From the NCBI GenBank assembly GCA_002189035.1, contig NEEC01000002.1, positions 3,658,001 through 3,722,000 of the forward strand: 64,000 bases of DNA, in the 5' to 3' direction. Below are positions 23,682 through 35,621 of the stretch, piece by piece. The first letter of the stretch is position 1, and every line of letters begins with the position of its first letter. Under the pieces are notes generated by a model, which searched no databases, had not been told where the DNA came from, and saw nothing but the letters and a program-made list of their open reading frames with translations. The stretch comes from Utricularia gibba. Taxonomy: Eukaryota; Plantae; Magnoliophyta. The translations under genes and the position numbers were made by a program.

Positions 23682-25420
23682 ATGTTGGCAACACGAAGTG
23701 CAAAGAAGGCTGCAAAGGAGAAGCCTAAACGGAAAAAGATGCAAAAGGAGCAAGCAAAGGAAGGTACGGGGATGCTGAAGCAGCCACAACTATTGCTCCA
23801 ACACAGGAAGAAGTGGTTCAGCAAGTTGCTGCCAATGCAGAGGACCCCTGAGAAGTGGACGTGATTCCTCAAACAGCGGAGGTGGGGGAGCCCTCTACAC
23901 AGAAGAAATGGAAGGACCCAACCTACAAATTAGAACATACCAACCTCCAGCAACGATTGAAGGACATGCAGCAGAGTTACAAGAAAAGAAAGGCACCAGC
24001 TGAAGAACCACCCTCAGAGCTGTAGGTCTCATCTAAGAAGAAGGGAAAGAAACATGGAACGAAAAAGTAGAAGGCCCCGTTGGAAGAACCTATGACTGAG
24101 AAGGAATCTACTGTACCTGAAGAACAAATGCTGCCCATCATGGAGGAAAATGCTGGAATTTCTAGAAATGAATAAGAGGCAGCAGAGGAAGAGGCGGAGG
24201 CTGAAAATGAAATTCTGGAGGCGAAGAATCAGGAGGAGGCTGGAGGTAAGAAGGAAACTTGACATTCAGAGAAAATGGACGAACAGGCTATGCAGCCATT
24301 GGTCCAAGGCCAGAAAGAGCAAGGAACTCCACTTGCAGAAACCGCCACAAGCATAACAGAAGAAGAGGAGGAAGGGATGGAAAAGGTAAAGAAATTTCTT
24401 CCAAAATTAGTCCCTATGTTTATGAATGTTGGAAAGTTCACAGTGGAGAGGGAACTATTTCATCGACAAATGACTGGAAAGGGAATCCCTTATGTCAAGC
24501 ATCATGCAGACATATTGAACAACAAGTACCTGAAGTTTGTAACAGCAGAATATGTGGACCGGTATGGAGAGGTAAAAGGTGCTAAGGTATGGCCCTGCCG
24601 CCACATTGACTTTGAAATTCTTGTCGAGTTGAACATAGTGGACAAGGTTTATGAAATGTTTGAGAACACTGCATTTATGATCTTATTCAAATTAAAACTT
24701 CCTGCTTATGTGGAACTCACATATGAATTTGCCTCCACGTTTATATACCGAATTCTAGAAACTGGTTTAGAGCCAGCTGCTATTTCTATTCGTTTGATGG
24801 GGACTGAATTTTCATTTTCATTAGCTGAGTGGAATGTAGCTCTTGGTTTTTGCTCAAAACAGGAAGTCGGTTCGTATGGTTTCGCTGCTTCTTTATTTGA
24901 TTATCCATCAGACTTTGATGCTAAGGAATTTTATAGAATTTTGACTGATCAGCATGTCATTGAATTTAAGGTAAAGGGAACAAAATCTGAATTATTTGTC
25001 GATCCTTTCGTGCGCTATGTTCATATGTTAGTCACTACAACCACCTTTGGTAGGAATGTCGGATTTAATGCTATTTACAAAAGTGAATTATTTGTGTTGT
25101 GGTGTATAATGCAAAAATGAACTTTAAACTTAGGTGCCATGCTTGCTGAACAAATGAATAGGGATTGTAGGCATTCGAAAATTCAGCATTTAAGCTTTGG
25201 TCATATTGTCATGCATCTCGTTCACACTTTTTGCCCGGAAAAACTGTTTGAACTTGAATTCTTCCATGTTGAGACTAAGAGAGTTAATGTATATTCTTTG
25301 AAAGTTAATGGACTAATTAAAGCCCAAGAAAGTGGCTTTGTTTTTAGATCTTTAGCATGGTTGGAAGGAAGTGTTATTCCAAGGAAGAAGAAAGCAAACA
25401 CTACTGCTTCTTCAACTTAA
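23682..25420 (+). pseudogene. Outer Athila env-like extra ORF
   Basis: Glu/Lys-rich N-terminus; 281-aa open frame with PAYVELTYEFASTF...ISIRLMG...EWNVALGF, homologous to 16133-16827. Confidence 0.78.
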
Positions 25421-25705
25421 ATTGAAGGAGAAAATGCTTCTACTGCCCGGAAATCCTTGAAGTGATGAGCGAAAAAATTTCAAACCTGATTTGTGTAGTC
25501 ACAGAGTTGAAACAAGGAGTGGGCGATGTCTCGATGAACAAGTAACTTGCTGGTATGATGATTTAGTGTAGTTAGTTTTTATTTTTATTCTGTTTTATTT
25601 TCATGTTTAGGATCCTGTTTACGTCAAGAAAGAGTGGCATCTATTAGTTCAAGTCTAGACTTAGAGATGCGTTTACTATATGTTCTGTTTAGTAGCAATA
25701 AACCA

Positions 25706-26332
25706 TAAGTGCTTAGCCACTCATGATAAGGTAAAGGAAAATGTTTTCATAGCATATCCTAAACAACATCCTTGCTTTAAAACTAAACAACAACGAGCAA
25801 TATCCAATAGAAGTGGAAAAGACAATTTGTTCACCCAGGAAATCCAAATCTAGTCTTAGCTAGGACTAGTAAACGTCAAGAATGAAAATAAATTCTCAAG
25901 AGAAGATGTGTTCTTCTGGTTCGTCGTTCGCCTCCTTCTTCTTCCTCAAGAAAAATCTCTAGAAACTTGTCATGAGTCTCCAAAGGGAGATCTGCCTTCT
26001 CTCCCCACCTTTCCTAACTTTTTGTCCAAAATCTCCCTTTTTCACCTCCTTGGACTTTGTGTGTACTCTTTTTCAGACTTCTATCAACTTCTCTGCCACC
26101 ACACTGTTCATATTCGGCTCCTTGGGATTTGTGTTGCGACCTATGCTGCATTGCTCGAAGGGAACTGTTAGAAGGTTGGGACTAAATCTGTGATTTAGTC
26201 CCAACTAAGACTAAAAGTGCACTCCTACGGTACTTATGTGCAAAAATATAGAAACAGGCAATTAAGCTTAATTTTTGTAGCACAAAATGAGTAAATTCCA
26301 TGCATTGAGCCACTCAAAAATATCTGTTATCA
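25706..26332 (-). mobile_element. Family Y LTR fragment (5' part)
   Basis: Reverse complement of 49087-~49710. Confidence 0.85.
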
Positions 26333-26800
26333 ATGACATATCTAAAGAGCATGTGCGGACACAATAAATAGTGAAAGGGTGAGTAGGGATAGACTAATCC
26401 AGAGGAATATAAAGAAGCTTGGTGTTATAAGGTGTGAGTGCTTGCCCAACATTTTGATAAGAAAAGGCAATTACATTATGCCCGGATTACTCTGGAACAA
26501 GCTTCCACTTCACTACCCAAAAAAAGAAAAAAAGAGAAAAAAAAATGAGTTGGCAACTATGATCCTAAGTGACCTTGGATGTATCAACTCTATAAGACAT
26601 GATCTTCAAAAATACTTTTCAAGAGAAATCTACTCATGCACATTTGAGCGATGAAATGACATGCACACTTGCACTTCTATAGCTCATGCATCGGAAATTA
26701 CTATTAGTTGTTTATGTCCATCATTGACACTGAAGGAATCAGTTTTCTATTAGTCTTAGGTAGGACTTGGGGACAAGTGTAGTGTCATTGTAGTATAGTG

Positions 26801-28179
26801 TGATAGCACACAAATTTTCATGTTTTAGGATATAATAATTATAGCTTTTTAATTATGCTTTCATTGCTTTTATAGTTATAAGTATTTTTTATATAACTTA
26901 GGAAATATGTGGTTTTTGTGTGTTAGTGGGCTAAATCCTTTGATTTAGCCCACCCCATGTTCTAACCCAATCGTGAGTCCACCAGCAAGTCTCAAAATTA
27001 TGTAAAGACACAAAGATTTTGTGCAAATGACCATGTAGTAGGAGGAGTAGAAGACAATGAGTGCACTTCCATCACATTAGTCTGCAAGTCAGGAGCAAGA
27101 GCAACAATGGTGTCAAAAATTGTACTTTGAGAAGTGAGAGAGGAGAAAATTAGGAGGAGAGAGAATTGAAAAGGGAGCTAGAGCGAGCAGCAACATAGGG
27201 AGAGGGGGCTTCTCCCCAACACAACGAGCATGGAACTAGAGGGAGGAACAAAGGCGATTTTCTGGAGAAGAACCTTTACTCTAAAAAACAAACATCAAGA
27301 CCTAGTTCAGTGCTACTGTTCTAGCCTGTGAATAATAGCAAATGGAAATCAGAACTAATATTGCTTTACTTTCGTTTGTTGACGTTTTTAGTTTCTGCAA
27401 CCAACTCTCTCACAATGTCTTTGACATTTTCACCACTTTATCTTAATGTTATCATATTTTTCCTTCCATACATAAGTAGCTAAAATTGTAGATATGACTT
27501 AAGGTAAAGCATGGTGGTGTGGGTCTAGGGTTTATAACATATTTCATCATTGTTTCTTAGATCTTGTTTCTATCATTCCATGGGTAGATCTAAGGAGGGA
27601 ACAAGTAGCTTCGCAACTCAGATGCTTGATTTAGAGGTAGACCAACAAAGCAAGGTGGGGACAATAGGTGTTAGTCTAGAGTAGAACCAGTAGAACCAGG
27701 TAGACCTAGTTCTACACACTTTGCATGCGGGTAGACCTAATTGTGTTCGTGATGATATTGAGGACTATCTTAGCTGAAAATATGATGAATGACCTAGATA
27801 GACTTCGGTTGTTTAAAGTTGTGAATATAGGAACATAGTAAATTAAATTAGCCATCTTAGCACCACACCACCTGCAGACCCTTGAGGCATCTTAGTATTA
27901 CTCTGTATTAAAATCAATATTTGTTATTTTCAACGTTGAGACTTAATCTTGTTTATCGAACTTACCTACTACTGTTAGTTTGAGCTTAGATTAAGAATCA
28001 CTGTTATTCCAAAATCTACATCCACTGAAATGCTTAGCAAGCACAAGCTCCATGTGATCGACCTTGAATTCTACTCTACATTTTGTGTTTTATTTATACT
28101 TTGTCAGATTAGGATTATAATTTTATTTGATACGAAATTCTATTTTTATTGCAATGATAATAGGAATTTCTGTTTATTA
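26801..28179 (+). repeat. Family X LTR, probable 3' LTR of the outer Athila
   Basis: TGATAGC...TTTATTA; reverse complement of 38032-39422; no TSD, follows the Athila 3' UTR. Confidence 0.8.
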
Positions 28180-30104
28180 GAACCTTAGAGCCACGCCTAG
28201 TTTACCTAGAGTAAAGACAAATGCTGTCCTAGTATTTGTGTTGTATGAAGAAATAGAATATGTTGTAGTTTTTCTATTCCACATATTATATTTCAAGTGA
28301 AATTTTTTGGTTGTAGATATGGTTCTTGTTTCAAACAATTTATCTCTCCTTGATGTTCTTGAATGTAATGCAAATAATGCAAAAATGTAGCATGTTCAAT
28401 AGCTGTAGGAGATAGCTGACAATTTGATATTGTAGATCCATACGTATATAATTTATTATAGTAATTTAAATAACTAAATTTATGGATATAAAAGAGCAAA
28501 CCTTGCACTGCCATCCTAAACAAATTTCCATCATGTCGAATTGATCTTCTTCAGCCATTGATTAGAGCTGGACATGGGTTTGACTCTATGGGTTATGGGT
28601 CAAACCCACCTAGCCAAAAATCAATTTTGTAACTTGGAGGATGGGTGTACCCATCCGAAGTCATGGGCTGGCTCAAGTCAACATAATATTTTTTTTTAAA
28701 ATTCGTTAATTATTTGTAATATTATATTCATTTATTCAAACCCTCACCACCCCCATTAAAAGACATATTTTTTTACCTAGTTTACACACATTGCAACCTG
28801 TCGCTCTACACACTGCAAATGAATTTTTGCAAGGTATATCTCATTGTGAGAATTACCTTGAATTATTCATGTTGACGTCATGAGATGCTTTGGAGATGAA
28901 AAAAGGATTGTAAGTTGGTTTTTTGAGTTTCTCAAGCAATGTTACTGTTGAAAACATTGTAGATGATAATGACATTGGATAAGTTGAGGCTATAGTTTAT
29001 AATACCCGACAGCTTCTTCCTATAGGATAAGGAGGATAATGAAACTATCGAGAGTGACTTACCACTTCGAGGTTGGGCCGATGGAATTTGTGGTTAGTTC
29101 GGAACATTTTTTATGTGGATGGAGACTACTCATGGAACCATTTTTAGTTGATTTATTGAATTTCTTGGAAGTTTCATTGTCTCACTTGACTCCTCGATCA
29201 GTTGCATATGTGTTATCATTCATTAACATGTGCACTGAAGAACATGTACTTGCTCTTCTAGTTTTTTTCACAATTAGCATATGTATGAAGATTGGAGAAC
29301 CAACCACTTCTCATTGAATGGAAAGTAGGGTATAATATTGGTAGAAGATGTATATAGTGGGTATTATGATTCGTGGACCAGCTTCATGTGGGAATCCCCT
29401 TTTAAAGAACCAAATTTTTCCATACAACTTGAGTCTTCATCTACTATTGAAAAAGCAAAGGGTATGATATTTTTCCCATTTCATAAATAAAACACTCATA
29501 TGAAATTTATTTTATCCAATTTAATATATTTACATAAGAATTGTCACCATACTTACCATATCTAGCTTGGGATATGCAACAGTGTGATAATGTCATCATC
29601 CTTATGTCATACACTCATATGAATATGAAGGATACTACCTTACCTATACACATATGCAATAGATATGAAACTTCTTGGAGGGGTTGGTGATAGCCTTGAA
29701 TGTGCCAGCTTTCTTGAATGAGCACCGTGTTGGACAAGCCAAAATAGGCAGTCGATCCAAACAAGGTGTAATGTTCAAACGACAACACAAATGCTTCAAT
29801 TGGGTTGTGTTAAACCCAATGGTTGGGCTGGTAAAAGTTATTTTTATTAAACAACAATCTTTTGTTTTTGGGCTGCATTGTAGGCCCATAAGTTCTAACC
29901 CACCAAGTCGATATGCACTTGCACACTATGATCCCATCTCGTACCCATCTAATAATGCATCCAACCCATCCAACCCAAAGGATATCTGGGTCAATCCGTA
30001 TCCATGCCTAGCCTTAGCCATTGAAGTGCTTCTTCATTTATATTTCGAGTATTTTGCATGATGTTGTCAAACTTGCTTACATCTTCAGAATATGCAGCTG
30101 ACCA
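28180..30104 (-). pseudogene. MuDR/MULE transposase remnant interrupted by a hAT element
   Basis: Joining across the TSD reads AAYSEDVSKFDNIMQNTRNINEEALQWLKKIN..W, like the region after the MULE DDE core. Confidence 0.5.
28562..30016. mobile_element. Non-autonomous hAT element with captured coding fragments
   Basis: Perfect 8-bp TSD GCCATTGA (28554-28561, 30017-30024); imperfect TIR ttagagctggacatgg / taaggctaggcatgg; AACCC subterminal motifs. Confidence 0.88.
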
Positions 30105-31020
30105 TGATGAAATGGGTAATGCATTGGGACTCCTAGGGGATGTATGCTCATCACTAAACAAGCTCATACAAACCATATATCAAACAACTAACTCACAAGG
30201 TCTAGGTCTACTCGGACTCTTGTTTTCCCCCTAATCTTTGGTCTACCTCTAATTAGGGTTGTTAAGTTGGGTTTCACTACTTCTCCCTCCTTAATCTATC
30301 CTGGTTTGTTAAGGAAGTAGCATGACCTATGGGTTGATTAAATCTAAGATTGATTAGCACATTTCTCCTCCTTTCACCCCAAAACACCCCCTAAGTGCTT
30401 AGCCACTCATAACAAGGGAAAGGAAAACGTTTTCATAGCATATCCTAAGCAACATTCTTGTTTCACAGTTAAACAACAACAAGCAGTGCATTACAGAAAT
30501 AGAAAGGAAAATTTTTTCATGCAGTAAATCTAAAATTAGTCTTAGCTAGGAACAGTATGCATCAAGAATACAAGTAAATCTTCAAAGAGAACTGGTTCTT
30601 TAGGGTCATCGTCCCTTCCATCTTCCACCCCAAAAAATTCTACAGAAAAAAATCTCGTGAGTCTCTAATGGGGGAGATCTCCCTCCTCTCTCCATTTTGT
30701 CCCCCTTTTTGTCTCAAAATATACCTTTTTCTCCTCCTTGGATTTTGTGTATACTTCTTTTCAGACTTCTGTCTCATCCTTTGCCACTACACTATTCATA
30801 TTCGGCTCCTAGGGATTTGTGCTATCGACATGTGCTGCATTGCTCGAGGAAACTATTAGAAGGTTGGGACTAAGTCGCAGATTTAGTCCCAACTAAGACT
30901 AAAATAACACAACTACGGTACTTATGTGCAAAAATATAGAACTAGGCAATAAAACATAATTTTTGTAGCACAATATGAGTAATTTCCATGTATTCAATCA
31001 CTCAAAAATATGTGTTATCA
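30105..31020 (-). mobile_element. Family Y LTR, truncated
   Basis: Reverse complement of 49087-~49995; ends tgttatca. Confidence 0.88.
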
Positions 31021-34000
31021 CCACCGAAACCGCCCAACTCTACCCGCCCCAACCTGCCTAGTGCATGCACATACCCGCCACACTACCCACCCTGCTACCC
31101 ATCCCATAGATCCGTTGGTTAGGTTGATTATCAACCGAGTATAGATTTTAAAAGTATAATCTTTTTAAATATATTGTAACAACATTTCACAATCAGTCAA
31201 TTCCTAAATTAATCATTGAAAAGCCTAAATTTAAAAACTGGTAGTAAATACAACAAACCGATAACAGAAGTTTGAATCCAAAGTCCAACTTGTTCAAAAA
31301 CACCTAAAAGGATGGTTCATTCTTGAGAATCAAGTGCATGACTTTCTCCAGATGGAATTTCTTCATCTACTTCACCTTCTTCCATTGTTGGACAACTCTC
31401 AAGGGTTTTTCAAGTGTCTAAACAAAAATATCAAATCGTTTTTCATGCCATGTAGACTTAAATAAATAAAAAGATATTTAACTCACTTTTTATGAATTTT
31501 CATAACCAACTTTTGTCACACATGAGTGCTTATAATGTCTTTGAGTGGAGTTATGAGGATTTAAAATTCTACCACTTGTGTTAAATGCAGATTCAGAAGT
31601 GATTGTTGAATTTGAAACAGCTAGAACATTCTTATCCATTTTTTTCAGAAGTGGCCACTTAGAACTTTCAGATTTTCACCAACTCAATATATCATAAGTC
31701 TCACATTTAGGCAAAACCTCTGTTTCCAAGTAATGATCTAATTCTATTGCCAACCATGAATGTCTGTTTTGTTTCTTGATAAAATTATCAAATTCTGATT
31801 TATCTTATAATGTCATGCTTGAGGAAGTTGTGCTTTTAGAAGCACTACTACCAGGGATATCACTAATATAAGATTTGGTAATATTATTTATTCAACTCTC
31901 ATTATCTTTCAATAAAGAAACAATTAGCATGAACATCTGAAATTTTTTCAATTGCTTCACTTCCATAGATTCTTCAAAAATAGAAGTCCACAAGTGCCAT
32001 TTTATATCTTGGATCCATAACCACATCCACTACTATCATCGCATGAACAACATCTCAATATTTCATAAATTCTTCCCACATAGAACAAGCCATCTCTCTA
32101 AGCATTGTATCATTCATAACTCATTGACCATTCTTCTAACCTGGTTCTAATTAAACATATCTTTGGAAAAAAAAAATTGGAGGTTGGATAACTCGTACCT
32201 GATATTATTTCATTCACTTTATAAAAGAGTTTCAACTTTTTACAAATAAATTTTGCCTCTAACCAACTCTCTTGTGTTGGACAAGACTTGTAACCAACAA
32301 ATCTCATGGCAAGTCTCACAAACGTTTGTTCATATTTGATAGTGGTTTCTTGCATCAAGTAGAGTTCCACTAGATCTTGCAATAGACAATCAATTCTTTT
32401 GAATATTGAATTTTTAATTGAGTAGCATACTTTTTAAATTTTTCTTTTCTTTTGGGTAACCTTGTCCAATAGATACACTATTTCTAATTCTCTCAACACC
32501 ATCATTGAGTTTCTTCAATCCTTTTTGAATGATTATGTTCAAAATATGAGCACAACGATGCATATGCAACACTTTTCCTTGTAGCAACATATCATTCGTA
32601 GAAAGCTTATCCAACATTGGAGTAAGCATGGCATCCCTTGTCTACAAATTATCAACCATTATTGAAGAGTTTTTCTGATAGATATTTCGATCTATCTGTG
32701 AGCAGCATAATTCCTCATATGAAGTTTCAACAATATGTGGAGAGAGCACATGTGCAAACCTGCATCATTTAAAAATTAGTATAAAAAAACTTATAGAAAA
32801 AAAGTTACAAAAAAGAAAAACATTAAATATGAAGCTTCCACTACATATTTGTGAAATTTGTACTTATCACCATATGACCTTTATTGTTATCATTTGAAGC
32901 AATCCTACAATCAAAATTTTTCGAGATTTGATAGACCTTTTGTTTCTTATCTCCATATATCTTCAAAATGTCATTCTTTAATGTATTTCGTGAAATCATT
33001 TTAAAGTTTGGATTCAAGCTGTTGAAAAATCTTTGGAACCCATAATGGTCAACTATACACAATGGATAATCATACTAGATAACTGCAACAATAAGCTCAT
33101 GCTTTGAAACTTTTTCACTAAAAGAACATTCAGTTATGATCTCCCAATAGATTTTAAATTAACATTTATAATCATTTGTTCGACATTAATTTTTTTGGCC
33201 TTTTCTTACATGTAGTCATGTAGTGGATCTTCAAGTGTGATGTTCCACTTTTACCTTTCCTGACAAAAAGTTTCTGATAGTATTTACATTTTTCCTTAAC
33301 TTCTCCGCTTATACATTCTGCCACCATTATGATGTTCTTTTCCTTTTTTTAAAAGAGGTTGATGTGCTATCCTCATCAATTATTTGTATGTCATTGTTAT
33401 CAGCCTCTTCTTCATTCTGAGATGGTAAAGAACCAGGTGATAACTCTTGATTTGAACAATTATCCATCAAAAAAATCTATGGGTTCCTATAGATGTATAA
33501 TTTATTATGCAAACAAAAAAGTATAGTCAAATTCCATTTAAATTTTTTTCCCATATTATAGTAAGCAAAAAAAATATATATCAAAACTCAAAAGTAGAAC
33601 TTTAAAAAAAAAAAAACCCAAAAGCAGAACATATGTGTAGATAAAATCAATATCTTTTTGCAAGAATATTTACAAAAGTATAATTTCTACCAATTATCAA
33701 AAGCATGTGAAAAAGAAATCAAATATAAATCATTGAAAGTGACAACTCATTTTAAGACTATGCAACACAAGTATTTACAAAGGAAAAAACAAGAAAACAT
33801 GGTGGATCCTACAAATAAAGAAAGAAAATCATTGAAAGTGACACCTAAACTAAACATACTAGATCCTAACATGGAAAATGAAAGGAAAGACACTTCCCTT
33901 TTTAAGGTTAAGACAAGACCAGAGCCAAAACTCACATTGTATTTATAAGGTCAAGCGGTGTCCTACAACAAATCACAAGGGGAAGACACTTCCTGGTACA

Positions 34001-35025
34001 AGGTAAGCAAAACAAACAGCAGCCTCATAATCAAAGGGGCGAGGCACTCCCCACATGAGGCTACGCAAAATGAGACAACAAGTGAGCAATTAAGAGAAGA
34101 CACTTCCCTCATCAAGCAAAAATGGGTGCATAGTCAAAACATGATTTTTGGTTGCCCCCAAGCCACGGCTACACCATCGGCGCACCTTCCTTAGCCTCCC
34201 CTGCGGCAGCCCCGACGTCTGATCCTACACATGAGAAAAGTTAAGGGAGTTAGAACATGGTAGGAAGCCTCAACCCACGCCACGACCACGCCCTGATCGC
34301 TGCCCGAAGGCCCATGTCTACCGTCGTGCAGGTTCACCCACATTGTCGGCAACTTGAGCTTCTAATCGCAAAAGACCCATGTCGCCCCCACTCACTTGAG
34401 CTCTTTGCTTCGACGACCTTGGCGAGCCGAGTTGCCATCAGTGTTCAGTCACCACCGACCTTGCCCGAAGGCTCCTTCTCTTGCTCGAACCGACACACAT
34501 GGATAACAAAAAGTGTGTCTTTTAAGAAAAAAAGTTGAGCAAGCCAACCATTAGGCTCAGCACAACTTGATTCAAGTTCAATTTGGCTGAGTATATATAT
34601 AGAGCTTGTGAATGTGTTTGAATTTTTTGATCCTTCCACTATCTAAGAACTCTATCGTTACTATCTAATAATTCATTTTGCTAATGTTCCTGAATTATGA
34701 TATTTTTACAATTGTGTTTCAATTAACCCAAGATGCTAGAATCACATCAAAATATAAAATCAACATACAAAGACTGGCTTTAATACTACAATTCAAAGTT
34801 TGTTATACCTTCAATATGCAGACTGGCCCTTTGATGTCCATGCACTACAAATCAACATTTGCTATGCCTAAAACAAAAATAATTATAATGACCTGGGTCA
34901 ATTCATGACTTGAAACAGGTCCAGCACATTGATTCATAAAACCATATCCACTGAGTCATAGAATCTATTCTTGACTTGGTGGGTTTGACCTGCAACATAG
35001 CGGATCAGACTCGTGTGCAGTTCTA
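31021..35025 (-). mobile_element. Degenerate hAT (Ac/RICESLEEPER-like) transposon
   Basis: ACCCG-type subterminal motifs at 31021-31110; candidate terminus gtgtgcagttcta at 35025; transposase remnant inside. Confidence 0.7.
31300..33470 (-). pseudogene. hAT transposase pseudogene
   Basis: BED finger (EKCKY.QKLL...SGTSHLKIH), SRNTLKNDILKIY, CAHILNIIIQKGL, SGTSYPTSNFFF, dimerisation motif TSESAFNTSGRIL. Confidence 0.9.
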
Positions 35026-35388
35026 GCAATAAAGAGGCGGTCAATATCCCATGGTTCTATTAAAACCTGAATATTTACATATAAATTCTTATTTTAAAAT
35101 ATAATTTATTATTTATAAATTTAAAAAATAAACAGGTTTTAATTTTTACACAAATAGCTGTGCGAGTGAAGGCCATTTCGCTACCCGCTCCGTTTATAAA
35201 TGGATTGTGATTTTTTTTCCGCTACCCACCTTTTGTGGGTAATAAACAGGACCGATATGTTTATCCATCAGGTAGTGGGCAGCTTATCCATTTTGCCATC
35301 TATAATTCACTTCTAATTGGTTCATCCACATTCGAAATATTTAAATGTATATGATTAATAACAATAATTTAAAAAAGATATTACAATA

Positions 35389-35392
<4 letters not shown>

Positions 35393-35432
<40 letters not shown>
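35393..35432. repeat. (TA)n microsatellite
   Basis: ~20 TA units. Confidence 0.97.
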
Positions 35433-35440
<8 letters not shown>

Positions 35441-35621
35441 TTTATTTATTTATTTATTTATTGCTAACTATTATTTCAGCTTTTACTAAAGAATGCCATG
35501 TGTTACCTGCACTAAGTAGCATACGCCTAATTGTGGAGGGAGTAATGCCCACAAAGGTGGAAAATATATATAAAAAAAGTTCTTTTATAACTGGCAATAT
35601 CTCATATTGCAAATGAAATAA

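Larger units (their letters stand above)
2790..28179 (+). mobile_element. Outer Athila-type Ty3/gypsy element, internally deleted, 5' LTR not found, host to nested insertions
   Basis: Collinear gag (2790-3336, 4790-5000), protease (5218-5826), pol remnant (22752-23640), env-like ORF (23682-25420) and LTR (26801-28179); coding sequence rejoins across the GAAAT and CTCTT TSDs. Confidence 0.8.

Noticed and set aside
33650-34200. Lys-rich ORFs with internal repeats
   Set aside because: Short local duplications in the non-coding 5' part of the hAT element; no domain
28563-35025. One large hAT element bounded by 28563 and 35025
   Set aside because: Flanks do not form a TSD; the left end pairs with 30016 through a perfect 8-bp TSD
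35150-35305. Further hAT terminus (ttttgccatctata)
   Set aside because: Plausible single end, but no partner end or TSD found
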